A stretch of DNA of 63,175 nt, the filler included, from Chrysochromulina tobinii (Eukaryota): the NCBI GenBank assembly GCA_001275005.1. It is 6 parts of 6 records of this genome, joined end to end, with 100 filler letters (N's around TTAATTAATTAA, not from the genome) between each part and the next. Parts side by side here need not be neighbours in the genome. Positions count along the whole stretch, not along the records: positions 1 to 24,382 come from JWZX01001239.1; 5 more parts are not named here. One strand, given 5' to 3'. The notes below the pieces were generated by a model, which was not told the DNA's origin, ran no database searches, and saw nothing but the letters and a program-made list of their open reading frames with translations. The position numbers and the translations under genes are program-made. Shown here one piece after another: positions 11,652 through 24,482 of this stretch (the stretch's first letter is position 1; each line of letters begins with the position of its first letter).

Positions 11652-14126
11652 ATGGATAAATCGCTGTGCACTAAGGCAACTTCACCCGATGAGGTGCCAA
11701 CACCGGGCTACTTGTACAACGAGATCTCAGGGATTACGAAGGCGTCCGCCGATGCTTGCAAGCAGCTCATCGACTTTCTCGTCAAGCGGCTCAAGAAGGA
11801 CAATGTGCATGTCAAGATCAAAACTCTCCGTTTGATCAAGCACTGCTGCCTCCATGGTCATGCTACCTTCAAAAAAGACATGAAGAGCTTCACGGCAGAA
11901 GTCAAGGAGTGCCTTAGTGCGTGCGCAGCCACCAACGCGCTCGCTGCCGCCGAGATGCACGCCTCCCTGTAGCGCCATACTGCCCAGCAGCACCCGCATG
12001 TTGCTGTGGCATACCGTCGATGCTCACCTCACGCTTTCTTGTGTGTTCACATCTCCGTCGCGGCAGACTTCCGCGGCGACGCCGATCCGCTGCACGGCGA
12101 TGCGCTCAACAAGCAGGTGCGCGACTTGGGCCAGGAGTGCATGACGGCCATTTACGACACCTCTCAGCCGGTCGAGAATATGACGACTGCGGGCCGCATT
12201 CAGGGCTTGGGCTGCAACGGCGCTCCCTCAACGTGCGGCGCCAGCGCAAGCAGCGCAGCGGGCTCCTTTCAGCCGGCATTTGCCCCGCCTAGCGGCGCCG
12301 CCGGCGGCTTCACCCCCCCACCTGTGGATCCGTCCATGATGCCGAAAGTCGAGACGGGCGCGTACTCGACGGGCAAGATGCAGGGCTTCGGCAACACGAA
12401 TTATAAGCCTTCGGAGCCCTCCAAAGTGTCGCAGGCGCTAGGCTCCGTCGCGGCGGGGCTCAGTAAGATGGCTTCTAAGCCGGGCGGCCCTCCCGCCGGC
12501 GTGGGCATGTCCATGCCTGGTTCTACCGGCGGATACGACGGTTCCGGCAACGGCGGTGGTTACAACCCCACGGCTACCTTCTCCGCTCCGGAGCCAGCGG
12601 TGCCTTCTGGTCCGCGCGTTGCTGGCCAGGTTGGTGGCGGCTGGGGTGCCCCTTCCCCCGCCCCCGCGCCTGCCCCAGCGGTGGCGGGCACGCCGGGTGG
12701 CGGCTGGGGTGCAGCGCCTGCCCCAGCGCTGGCGGGCGCGCCGGGTGGCGGCTGGGGTGCCCCAGCGCCTGCTCCGGGCGCGCCGCCTGCGCCAGCGCCG
12801 GTTCGCTCGACCGGCGAGTACGAGGCGAAGCTCGTCGACGAGGTGACAGCTCCGGGCGGTGTCCGTGCAACCGTGCCGCGCGAGGAGCTGAAAAGGTTTT
12901 GCGAGGCGGCAAAGTCACTCGACAAAGCGGCGCTCGCGAGGCTGCTCGAGGCCAAGCTCGGCGCGCCGGAGTGGCAGCGGCGGCTGAAGGCGCTCTCACT
13001 CATCGAGGCGCTCATCAAGGAGGAGGATGAGGGCGTTGCGGCAAAGGTTGTGCGCGCGTACTTCACGAACGCGGGGCCGACCATCGAAGCGCAGCATGAC
13101 TCGGCGCAGGCTTCCCTCAAGGAGAAGGCGCGCAAGGTGCTCGAGCTGCTCGGCCTGGCTGGTCACTTGCCGCCGGAGACCAAGACCTCGTCACTTGCCA
13201 CCGCCACCTATGCATCGCAGGATCTGCTGGGCGAGGCGGCGGCGGCGGCGCCACCCGTCAACATGTTCGCAGACCTCCAAAGCCCCCAAGCCCCTCCTCC
13301 TGCGCCTGCGCCGTCTGCAACAGCGGGCGGAGGCATGTTCGATGGGATGATGCAGGCTCCGCCCATCGCCGCCGTGCCGCCGCCGAGTGTGCCCACTGAG
13401 ATGTTTGGAGGCATGAATATTGGAGGCGCCGCAGCCCAAGGTGCTCGGGGTGCGGGCGGACAAGGGGCCACCCCGAGCGCCATGATGGGCGGCCTCGACC
13501 TTTCGTCTATGATGGGCGCACCGTCGATGCCGATGGGTGGAGTGGCGCCGATGGCTGGCATGGGCGGCATGACTGGCATGGCTCCTGGCATGGCTCCACC
13601 CATGGGCGGCGGCATGGGTGGCGGCATGGGCGGCGGCATGGGCGGCGGCATGGGCGGTGGCATGGGCGGCGTCATGGCCGGTGGCATGGGTAGCGGAATG
13701 GGCGGCGGCATGGGCGGCGGCATGAGCGGCGGCATGGGCGCCGTTGGCATGGGTGGAGGACTGGGCGGAGGCGGCATGCACGACGCGCAAGCTATGCAGC
13801 AGATGGCCATGATGCGGCAGCAGATGGCCATGATGCAGCAGCAGCTCATGCGGCAGCAGCAGATGATGGGTGGCGCCATGCCCAGTGGCGGTATGGGCGG
13901 CGGCATGGGCGGTGGCATGGGCGGCGGAATGGGCGGTGGCATGGGCGGCGGAATGGGCGGTGGCATGGGCGGCGGTGCTATGGGTGGCATGCCTCAGCCA
14001 AACCCGGGCATGGCTCAGCCCGGCGGCGGCCAAGGTGGCGCTGCCTTCGACTTTATGAACTCCAAGGGAAACGACGCCTTCAACTTTGTGGGTGACGTCA
14101 TCAAAGGCCAAAAACGCTCCCTCTGA
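11652..14126 (+). CDS. TEPSIN: Tepsin/ENTHD2 (AP-4 accessory, MTV1-like); intron 11917-12066
   Basis: KATSPDEVPTPGYLYNEI..VKIKTLRLIKH..ECL|NFRGDADPLHGDALNKQVR (ENTH). Second domain EAKLVDEVTAPGGVRA (tVHS-like). MGGG-rich tail. Confidence 0.88.
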
Positions 14127-14908
14127 AGTGTATGCTGCTGGAATTCGGCGCGGCCCTGGCACTGTTGCAGCGTAGCGATGCGTCATCGGCGTGCGATCAA
14201 GGGGCTGATCCGCTGTGGCTTCTGGGGAATTAGATTCAATGGCGCAATCGGTGGATGGGGGAAATAGATCGTCGAGACGTGGTATCCGGTGTGCGGGCAT
14301 GTTGTGGTGCGGTAATGTTGATTTCGATGGCGGAGACTCAGCGTGGTTGCCCTCGATGGTTGCCCAGGCGATGCACCGCAAGAGGAAGCCGCGACCCGCG
14401 CGCAGAGTGTGGTCGCTGTGGCATCTGTGGGTGGGGCGGCCGAGCCCCCAACGGCCGCCGGAAAGAATGAATACGCGCCGCTCCCGGCGACGCGCCCGAG
14501 GCCGATAGAACAGTGAATACAGCGGTCGCGCATAAGACGACCGTGCAATCTGGAAAATCAAGTATCGTGTATCGAAGAACGGTAACGGAGCGGCGGCCAG
14601 CATAAATATCGAATTATCGTAACGCCATTTATAGTGGCGGGTGTATCCGGTAATTCGTATGCCAGAATGCCACTTTGTACCGCTGGGCAATCCCGGCATT
14701 GATCCCGGCATCGCAAACGGGAACATGGGCAAACGATTACTCAACGCCCACATCCGCGCACACGAGAGTCCCGATCAAGTAGCGCGCAAAAAAACAAGCC
14801 TCCATCACACCACACCGTGTCGGCCGTGTGGCCTTCGCTCTGGCTTTTATCATCATGCACTGCCGTCCCAAATTCTTGGGCGTGCTGTCTGTGTCAGCAA
14901 GCGCGCCA

Positions 14909-17900
14909 CTATTTACCACCTGTGTAGACGTGTCCGCCCTTGCGCCGCAGCATGTTGATCTCAAGCTTGAGCGCCTCAATCTCCTTCGCCTGGATCTTCA
15001 CGAGCTGCACGAGCGACGTACGCTCCTTACGCTCCTTGCCCGCGTCCTTAGGAGCAACCTGCGCCTGCTTCGAGTTGAGCGACGTCTCAAGCGCGTGCTG
15101 GCGCTCGAAGAGCGCTGCCACTGTGTTCAGCGACTGCGTCGACTCTTCGGTCGCGACCTTGAGATCATTTTTCGCCTGCTTGAGCTTATCATGTATCTGG
15201 GTGAGCGCAAGCTCCTGCGCTGCCTCAACCTTTTTGATCTTCTCGTTGAGCTCTTCCGCAATCTTGTTCACGCCCACGCTTTCGATGCGCTCGAGATCGA
15301 TGATCTGGCCGAACTTCAGCATCTGCACATCGACGGCGCGTGCATCGAGCTCGCGCAGCCGCTGGGCCTTGACGCCCTGCGCCTTGACGAGCGATACGTG
15401 CTCGACGCGCAGGGATTTCTGCCGCTTCCGCAAATCTGCTTTCTCCTGGCCGAGTTGCTTGATTCGGTTGCGCAGCTGCTCCAGCTCCGACGAGGGGAAC
15501 ACAAGGTCTTTCGTGAGGTCTGCAGGTAGCTGGCCGTCCTCGATGTGGCGCACCTGCGACATGTGCAGCGTGACAACGACGTGCAGCTCATTGAGCTTGC
15601 CCTGCTTTTCCGTCTGGAAGGCCTGAATGTCCGTCTCGGTGTCTTTGAGCGCCTTGTCGATGGCTTTCTCCTTCTTGATCAGCATGTCGTTCTCCTTCTT
15701 GAGCATGTCGACACCCTTTTGGAAGTCCGCGTAGATCTCCTCCTGCTCGAGCCGCTTCTCGCGCAGGTCGCACACCTTATCATACAGCGAGGGGTCGCAG
15801 CCCGGCGGGCACGTCTCCTCACCTTCCTCCTCGTCCTCACCTTCTCCGTCGTCGTCGTCCTCATCCTCGTCCTCGTCCTCGTCCTCGTCGTCCTCGTCGT
15901 CGTTCGCCGACTGCCGCTTGCGCTTGATTTTCTTCTTGAAGATCTTGAGCAGCACCTCCGAGAACTTGTTGTTCTCGCCGAGCGCCGAGTGGAACTCCGC
16001 CATGATTTGCCGGTCGCGGTCGAGGAGCCTCTCGATCTCCATCTTCTTCTGTGTGAGCTTCTCCTGGCACTCTGCCACTTTGGCGACGATCTCAGACTTC
16101 TCGTTGTGCTTCGACTCCAAACGCTTGGCGAGCGACGTGTCCTTCTTTTCAAATTCTTTGAGGAGCACGAGCTCCTGGAAGAGGACGAGCTTGCGAAGAT
16201 CGGTAGTCTTCAGGTCGGCCTCGAGCTTGAGCTTCTCCGTGCGAAGCTCAGCGATCGCATCATCAAATGAGGCGATCGTCCTCCGCCGCCGCTCGACCAG
16301 CCGCGCCTTCTCAACGACCAGCCGCTCGCGTGTGAGGCGCGCCTCAGCCACCTCGAGCGCCGTCGACGCCGCAGCGAGCGAGCTCGCCTTACTGCTTGCC
16401 GCCCCCGTGGCCGTGGAGGCGGCCGACGCGCTCGGCTTTGCAGGCGCGGCGCCGCCACCTCCCATGCCGCCCTTGGCGGCGGCGGCAGCGGCGGCCTTCT
16501 CCATTCTGAACGAGGTGAGCGTCTCGGGCGTGACTGTCGCGCGCAGCTCAGGCTGCTCATCGGCAACGAGCGCACCCGGCGAGACCAGATCCGGGGGGAG
16601 CAGATCGCCCATAGTCTCAAGCTCGCGGTTGATCTCGGCGAGCCGCGCGTCCTCGGTGACCATTGAGGCGATGAGCCGCGATTTGAGGTCGCGCAGCGCG
16701 AGGAACCGCTCGTTGTAGCCCATCTTGATGGCGTGGATGGACTCGTCGAGCAGCACGATCTGCCTGCGCTTTTTTTGTGCATTGACGCGCTGCGATTCGG
16801 GCACGACGTAGTCCTCGTCCGTTTTGAGCGAAAAGTCGCCCATGTGCGTCTCCGCGTACTGGATGGCTGCCACGTCGACGGGGTCCTCGTACTTGTCGTC
16901 AGGCTTGGTCGCGTTGAACTCGGCCCACTCTTTAGCACGCGCCTGGCGGCGCAGCAGCCGTTCTTGAACCTTGGAAATCTTCTTTTCCGGCTCTGAGGAG
17001 GTTTTCGCGGCGCCTTCGCCTTCCTTGGCATCGGCGGCGTCCTCCTCGCCTTCCTTGAAGCCCTCACCTGAAGTCGACTTCTTTCTGGTCGCCTGCCCTT
17101 TCTTCGCCTCCTTATCGATGAGCGCGTGAACGTGTTCAATCGCCTCCTTTTGCCACTGCTCGAGCTCGAGCGAGCGGAACGAGCGCACGCAGAGCCCGTT
17201 TGCGAATCCGTAAAGAGTGATGCTCTCGACGGCGAGGCCCTTGAGGAAATGGTTCTCCAGTTTCGTCCGAACGAGTGCTGCCTTCTCCGAAGTCCAGGCA
17301 AACTCGAACTCCGCTGCCTTGAGCCGCTCGAGCGTCTCCTTCTCTGTACCATCTTGCAGGCCAGGGTCGACGTAGAATGCATCGCGAGGAAGCTGCTCGG
17401 TGACTGGCAGCGCCTCGTTGTCAGAGAGGAGCGCAGTAAACTTCTTGCGCAGCAGCGCTACCTTCTCGCGCACGCTCAGCTTTGCTTCCTCAGCGGCCGC
17501 CGCGCGCGCGTCTGCTTCTGCTTTCTGCTTGGCCTCCTCGATCGAGTACGTCGAGGCCTCGGTGATGTCGAGCCCACTCAAACCCGCGTCTGCTACGGCG
17601 GGCAGGCTGGCAGCGGAGAGGATTGCGTCCTTCTGATCGGAGGCGCTCATCTTGTGCACGAAGAGGTTACCGTCGGCGCCCGCGGAGACGAGGAAGGCGT
17701 CGTCGAATGAGAGTCCGAGCATCGTTTTACGTGAGGCACCATGCACGCGGCCCTGCCAATACGCGTTGGAAGCCGCCTCCCCCGCGCAGACGGATCCGTC
17801 GGTGGCGCACGAGAGCAAGTATTGCGACGAACGCGAGGTGTTGAGGAAGACGAGCGGGGTCGCATGCCGGCCCTGAGGCGTGACCTTCGCATCGCCCCAG

Positions 17901-19934
17901 GTGACACGCCAGTACGTGCCCGCCTCATTCGCAAAGGCGACGTAGAGGGACCGGCCACCGACGGTCTTGAGCGGCAGGATAGCGGCGATGCCACCGGCGT
18001 CGAAGTCAGGAATGACCTCCTCTACGACGGGCACGTCCTCAGCCTCCTCGCCGTCGGCCGCAGGGGCGGGCGCAGGGGCCTCTTTCGCCTTCTTCGCCTT
18101 GGCCGCTGCGCGCCGATACTCGACGATGGGCATCGTGTCAAGTATCTTTCCTTCGAAGGGAAGAGCGTACGTCTCAGAGGTGTCGGGCTCGACGGGCAAG
18201 GTGAGCTCAGCCACGCGGCCGTCAGCGTAGCCCACGAAGAGCGCGTCCTCGCTCGCCCACGCCAGAGACGTCACGGCAGTGTTCGCACCGTTGGGCGGGT
18301 TCATGAAGCCGACAGGGGCGTAGCCTGTGCGCGTGATCGCGACGAAAAAGACGGCGCCATCCTGCGCACCGGACGCCAGGTGGCGGCCGTCGGGGGAGTA
18401 GGCGACCGACACGATCGGGACAGTGTGCGGCTTGAAGGCCTGCTTGAGGTGCAGCCCGTCCTTGCATCGTGTGAGCACGCGCACGACGCCGTCCTTGTAG
18501 CCTGCACAAATCGTGCGCCCCTCCGGATCGACGGATCTCGGTGCCCACACGACTACTGTCGCCGGCGCCGGCGAACGGAAGACGGAGATGGGCGCCTTGG
18601 CCGCGTAGTCCCACAGCCGGACGGTGCCGTCGGAGCCGCACGTTGCCGCGGCGTGGTTGAACGGGCAGAGGTCCAGGCCAGTGATGCTGCCCGAATGGAA
18701 GCTGAAGAGGTGCTCTACGGAAGCCGTCTCGATCACCAGTTTGTAGACCGCGCCGCACGCATCCTGCACGAGCCAATGGCCCTCGCCCTTGAGCATCGTC
18801 TGGATGTGCGACATGGTACGCCCTTTCTCGTGCCCGAGGAAACACACCTCCTTCTGCGGCGAGATCTCGAAGATAGGCATGTCGTCCGTGGGTTCGGCGG
18901 ACTCGATGGCTTTGAGCGGCCATGTGCGCACGTATCCGTCGTTGCCGCCAGTGATAATCTGATTCCCGTGCAGGAGCACGACGCGGATGGCACCGTTGTG
19001 GCACCCTTTACCTCCTGCGCGTCGGATCTCGCACTTGATGAGATTGCCCTCCCAGAGCAGCAAGTTGCCCGAGTCTGCACCCGAGAGCACCTTGCCATCG
19101 GGCATCTCGCAGTAACCCTCAATGTCGGTTAGCTCCACCTGGCCGAACTTGCCGATGTCGCCCTGCAGCTTGAGGCCTGTGAAGGTCTCGGCCATTTTCC
19201 AAAAGCGAATGTGGCCTGTCCCACTCGTGACGAGCTGGCCTGCGAATCGCGGCGAGAAGCTGACGCGGTACACATCTTGCGAAAAGGCCTTGGCACGCAG
19301 GACGATCGCCTCCTTGTGCCAGTCCCATACAGTGAGCATGTAATCCGGGAACGAGCCCACGGTCGCAAGCATCGTGCCATCCCCGTTGAAGTTGGCCGCT
19401 GAATACGAGCGCTCCGTACCGCCCTTGAGCACACGGATCATGGTGAGCGACGGGTACTCGTAGATGAAGGCGTTAGGCATCTCGCCCTTTTCCGCCACGC
19501 AGATCAGCTTGCGCGCCTGGTGCACCTCAATGCAGCCAATTTCGTTGCCTCCAATGGAGGGCAAGTAGGATGTGCTCTTCGTGTGAAGGTCGTAGAAGTG
19601 CACGATACCGCCCGCACAGAAGATGAGCGTTGCATCCTGCGGAGCGCAAGGGCGCGCGGGGGAATCAGCTGACATTTTGCCGAAGGGTGCTGCTGGTCAG
19701 AAAACCACGTACCTCGTCCAAGTAGTGGAGGTTGGAACGCTTATGACTCTCAAAGGCAAACGAGTGGTGCAGCGGAGCGAACGAGGAGGGCAACTCGTTG
19801 TCAGGGCAGAGACGAGCGAAGGCCTTCGCGTCGTAAGAAAAGTCCTGTGGCACCGGTTCCTGTGGCGCCGGTTCCTGTGGCGCCGGTTCCTGTGGCGCCA
19901 GTTCCTGCGGCACCAGCTCCTCCACTTCCGCCAT
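14909..19934 (-). CDS. CFAP44: Cilia/flagella-associated protein 44 (WDR52); intron 19637-19712
   Basis: HSFAFESHKRSNLHYLDE|DATLIF, LRAKAFSQDVY, GHIRFWKMAETFTGLKLQGDIGKFG, WD repeats, long coiled coil, C-terminal EINMLRRKGGHV. Confidence 0.93.
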
Positions 19935-20124
19935 GGCGAGAAACAACGTCTTCGGATTGATCACGCTCACACCTGCAAGGGGACAACCTGGGACAACGTA
20001 CGTTTTTTTCACGGGCTCAGCGGATCATTCGGTTCTTTTAAGAGGTGCTGTTTGAAAAACATTTTTTGTCTGGAGCCGAAATTCCCCACATTGGGGTCAG
20101 CCACGTTCCTCGACTCTTTTTGTC

Positions 20125-20435
20125 ATGGTGGGGGAAGCCGCACGCCGCACGCCGCCGCACGCGCAGCTGGAGAGGGCAGTACGAGCGATGCGGGGGACGT
20201 ATGCTGATCGCCATGTGCTGTATGCCTCCCGCGCCCGCAGGATCAGCCCGTTAAGCTCGCGAAGGTGACCAAGGTGCTCGGCCGCACCGGCCAAACTGGC
20301 CAGGTTTCGCAGGTCCGTGTTGAGTTCCTCGACGACCCGACCCGATCGATCGTACGTAACGTCAAGGGGCCGATCCGCGAGGGCGATATCCTCATGTTGC
20401 TCGAGTGGGAGCGCGAGGCCAGGAGGCTGCGGTAA
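20125..20435 (+). CDS. RPS28: 40S ribosomal protein eS28; ATG-only first exon, intron 20128-20240
   Basis: Missed by the ORF track. [65 protein letters not shown]. Confidence 0.95.
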
Positions 20436-21474
20436 TTCGCCGCGAAGCTGCTGCTGCCTGTGATGGGAGCACAACTCGGCGCAAGAGGCACAAATGGGAT
20501 GCGTGCAGCGTCCGGCTGAACGTATCGGGTACCCTTATGGCATGCCGTGGGTTGGGCAAATCTCTCGTACTGTGTTGCGTGTTCGCCACGTAGTCACCTG
20601 GGCGTTCCGAACGTTTGTGAGATCGGAGGCCGTTGTGACTTCAGACGCTTCACGTTAGGCACCATCCCGCCATGGCGGTGTCCCGTCGAGGCTGTAGCCA
20701 TGTACACCAACAGTAGCTACGTTTTGCGTGTTACACGGTTTACACCTTCGCGCATGAGTAGTCACGCATCCGCACAGGAATGACAATCCGGCAATCATCG
20801 CCGGGCGCCGCATCGCTTTCCGCGCGCGGTCCGATCCGACGCCGACTACCGACACTGTCATCCAGGGAACGCCGTGTCTGATCCGGGGGCGGTGGCTGTG
20901 TGGCCGCCGGTGCGCCGACCTAACATTCATGGAGTCACGTTCGACGACGTGCGGGTTGAGTTGCGGGTGTCCGGTGTGGCGGCCCCGACTAGGCCCCGAC
21001 GCGGTCATCCGGTCAAGAGCTCAAGGAATTATCAAGGATCAAGCGGTCATTACACTCAGTCCGAGTCGCGGGCCGCCGCGGCGCCGGCCGCCGCCGCGGC
21101 GCCTGCTCGTGAGACCCGAGGTCGAACCCCGCCGACGAACAAGTCTGGATCTTTATACGCCAAACGCACACGTCCGAGCACGACGCAAGGCGACGACGAC
21201 TACTTGATCGCCCCGTGACTGCAGGTGCCTCAACACGCCCCCCACCCAAATGATTTCTACGGAGACCCGAACGAGGTAGGATTCCTACCGGTACTGTGTC
21301 CCGTGTGCGTCCCGGCTCCCCCCGGTGTCTTTTTTTACGAGTACCGGGTGCCTTCGTGCGTCCGCGTGTCCCGTGTGTGTCCTGTGTGTCCCGGCTCCCC
21401 CCGGTGTCTTTGAACCGGGTACTTGTATTACGGCGCATTCCCCCTTGCCCTCTGCACACACAAGCGCTAAAAAA

Positions 21475-22653
21475 ATGTTGTCGAGACTCATGGGCTTGCC
21501 TAGATGCGCAAGTCGCACACTCGTACACAGGCGGACGCTGAGCTCGTCGCTGCGACCATCTCTGAAAAAGCATCTCGACCTTCTCGTTTCGAGGCACGAA
21601 CAGCTTGAGAACGAGCTGGAGGGTGGGACGGCTGCCTTCTCAGCCGAACGAATGCGTGAAATGTCGCGGCTCTCGCCGATAGTCGCTTTGCGTGCCGACA
21701 TGGACTCTGCCACGCTCGAGATGGCCGAGCTACATGAACTTGCGGCGGATGCGTCCGCTGACTTGGAGCTGCGGCAAATTGCAAAAGCGGAAATTGATGA
21801 AAATGCAGCGCGCCTTGAACGGCTTGAAAAGGAGCTGATCGCGCTGCTCGTGCCACCCGAAGATGGTGACGATCGTAATGTGGTCCTCGAGGTACGCGCC
21901 GGCACCGGCGGGCTCGAGGCTGGATTATTTGCCAGCGAGCTCCTCACCATGTATGAGAGGCTTGCAAAGCGTCGACGGTGGCGCTTTGAGCTTCACGACC
22001 AAAGTGAAAATGAGGCTGGCGGCACGCGCGAGGCCACCGCGAGTGTCATCGGTGAGGGCGTGTACGCTACGCTACGTGCTGAGAATGGTGTTCATCGCGT
22101 GCAGCGCGTGCCGGCTACAGAGGGACTCGGCCGCGTGCACACGTCGACGGCGGTCGTCGTTGTGCTGCCCGCTGCGGACGAGGAGCAGGGCGGTGTTGAT
22201 CTGCGTCCCGAAGACATCCAAGTTGATGTCTTCCGCTCGGGAGGCGCCGGCGGCCAGCATGTGAACACGACAGAGAGCGCCGTGCGCCTCACCCACAAAC
22301 CGACTGGCATCAAGGTGAGCTGCCAGAATGAGCGTTCACAGCACATGAACAAGGCGACCGCGATGAAGGTCCTCCGTGCTCGCGTTGAGGCGCACGAGAA
22401 GCAATTGGCGCGCGAGGCGCGTGACGCGTTACGCGCCGACGTGGCGAGCACAGGCGCGCGCTCGGAGCGCATCCGCACGTACAACTTTGCGGACGACCGC
22501 GTCACCGACCATCGACTGGGCGAGAGCAAGTTCGGAATCCCTCGCATGCTTGCAGGAGAGCTGCTCGAGGAGCTGGTGGAGGATCTTGCGATGAAGCACG
22601 CCCTCGAGAAGCGAGAGGCATTTTTGAGGGCACTCGAGGACGCCGATCACTAG
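21475..22653 (+). CDS. prfA: Organellar (probably mitochondrial) peptide chain release factor 1
   Basis: LEVRAGTGGLEA, ENGVHRVQRVPATE (PxT), RSGGAGGQHVNTTESAVR, RSERIRTYNF; Arg/Ser-rich presequence. Confidence 0.92.
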   Translation: MLSRLMGLPRCASRTLVHRRTLSSSLRPSLKKHLDLLVSRHEQLENELEGGTAAFSAERMREMSRLSPIVALRADMDSATLEMAELHELAADASADLELRQIAKAEIDENAARLERLEKELIALLVPPEDGDDRNVVLEVRAGTGGLEAGLFASELLTMYERLAKRRRWRFELHDQSENEAGGTREATASVIGEGVYATLRAENGVHRVQRVPATEGLGRVHTSTAVVVVLPAADEEQGGVDLRPEDIQVDVFRSGGAGGQHVNTTESAVRLTHKPTGIKVSCQNERSQHMNKATAMKVLRARVEAHEKQLAREARDALRADVASTGARSERIRTYNFADDRVTDHRLGESKFGIPRMLAGELLEELVEDLAMKHALEKREAFLRALEDADH

Positions 22654-22985
22654 CCAGGGGACGGGACACAAAGAGATGGTGTTGCCGATGCCGCCCTGAT
22701 GCCGATCGCGCCCCTCCCCCATGCCAATGGGGCGAGTTTTTTGTGTTTAATGTTAGTACGCCGATTCATAATTTACCAGTGAGTAAGGTACCTAGGTGTG
22801 TGAGCAACATGTGACCTCATTTGCGAACGTATGTAATCAAGGAAGCCACCCTCGCCCCCGGGCACCGCCGCGTTTCCGCGTACCTTTCTTTAACGACTAG
22901 CCGCGAGAGGGTTCTACCGTGTCGTCTTGTAGTATCGGATCGTGCGAGTGTCAAGTCTATCGAATGTGCTCCGGCGGCCAGCAGC

Positions 22986-23024
22986 TTGACTTGCTTGCTT
23001 GACTTGACTTGACTTGACTTGACT
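22986..23024. repeat. (CTTGA)n microsatellite
   Basis: cttgacttgcttgcttgacttgacttgacttgacttgact read directly. Confidence 0.85.
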
Positions 23025-24382
23025 ATCCGTGACCTGGAAATCACAGCCAATGTTCATAAAACTCGACACCGCACACGTACCGGTATGTACGCGTGTGTCC
23101 CGTGGGTGTGTTAGAAAAGTTTTTCTTTTGTCTCACCGGACCGTACCTAACGAGGCGGGCGACCATCGGGCGGCTAGCGAACTCCCCCTTGGCAGGGGGC
23201 GGCTCGTTGATCCCCCCCTACGTGCGGCCCCCACAAGTATAACGGCCTATACGGTCCGGGGTTCATCAGTGTGATGACACCCGGTGACCCCTTACCCCCC
23301 CCCTCCCGACACATCGAACCCCCCTTTTCCGTAGGGGAAGTTCGGGAGGTTGTAGAAAAACCATCCACCCTGGGGAGGATTTTTCGATGCGTTTCACGGC
23401 CCGCCCCCGGATGGGGGGGCGTCGCGCCGTAGGGCGACGGTGTCGTGGTGGTCCTCGTCGTGACCGACCCCTTATGGGGAGCCGGCCGCGTCCACCCCCT
23501 GATGGGGGGGGCGGTGACGAGATTGGGTTCCTGCGCGGATATCGGTTGCAGGGTGTCAGTTACATGTAATAAGTCAATGGATTCCGGGTGTCAATCAGGA
23601 TTCCGCAGAAATCATCAAAAATCAAGGTCTGCAATCCTGCAACGATTTTGCGGAATTCCCTTGGCGGAAAAACGCGACGTCGTTGTCAAGAAGAACATGG
23701 CGCATCTGGTTCGGAGCTCGGGCGTGCGCTGCGCTGATGTCGTTGGGGCGAGTCGCGGAGCGGTGCGCGTCATAGGGAATCTGCTGGTTTCGGGACGGGC
23801 GCTTCGGGCAAGGTCAGCGATTGTGAGCGGCATGTCGAGGTGGGCGTGCAGAGCTCTGCATTCGTTTGTTTGTCGAGATTTGGTCGTGAGCATGGGAGTA
23901 CCAATCGCCACCCTGCCTCTTCAAGAAGATGCTCGTGCATCCTTGAAGGAGGTATTCGTCGTTGAGGCCGTGCGTGTATGGCGCCGCAAGGGTAGTCGAC
24001 GGGGGTGTAACGGCGACGGGGGTGCTCTCGCGTCAGCGGGGCAACTTGATTACCATCGTTAGTACGCGTTAGTAGCGAGACTATGCACAACTATGCAGGG
24101 TGCCAATCGACAGATCTCGGAACGTAGACCCCCGAACCGCGGAAATTCGGCTTGCATCGGTTAAGCGAAGGCCGCAAACAGCATTTCCAACTTTGTTCAC
24201 GAAACATCCCGCGCACACCTTCGCTTCCGGTGCGACCTAGCATCTTGGCTGCCGCCCCTCTCTACGTCTCAATGGTGAGGACATACATCCGCAAGGCCAT
24301 GGCGGTGACCGCAGCAAGGCTGGCCTGCCTGCCTGCTACTGGCAGGAGAAGGGTGGTCGCGCCGCAGCAGCCGCAGCAAAGG

Positions 24383-24482
24383 NNNNNNNNNNNNNNNNNN
24401 NNNNNNNNNNNNNNNNNNNNNNNNNNTTAATTAATTAANNNNNNNNNNNNNNNNNNNNNNNNNNNNNNNNNNNNNNNNNNNN
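24383..24482. other. Artificial contig linker
   Basis: 44 N + TTAATTAATTAA (stops in all six frames) + 44 N. Confidence 0.98.

Noticed and set aside
13600..13985. GGCGGCATG repeats, and the 15-nt repeat at about 19853-19912
   Set aside because: Ordinary coding low-complexity sequence (MGGG in tepsin, QEPAP in CFAP44).
13191..14753. Long antisense and alternative-frame ORFs (also 17741-19132, 42559-43377, 54692-56134 and many others)
   Set aside because: Shadow ORFs of GC-rich real genes, with no recognisable motifs.
21290..21420. Duplicated gtgtcccg..cccggctcccccggtgtcttt upstream of RF1
   Set aside because: Real but only two short copies, with no evidence of function or element boundaries.
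23334..23350. RNase P/MRP CR-I-like GGGAAGTTCGGGAG
   Set aside because: The complementary strand lies upstream as a local hairpin and I found no downstream CR-V/P4 partner.
24292..24382. MVRTYIRK start resembling pogo/HTH-psq transposase N-termini
   Set aside because: Only about 30 codons before the contig end, too little to support a call.
24383..24482. TTAATTAATTAA flanked by Ns, occurring five times
   Set aside because: Artificial six-frame-stop linker. ORFs ending in X..LIN and gene neighbourhoods across linkers are artefacts.
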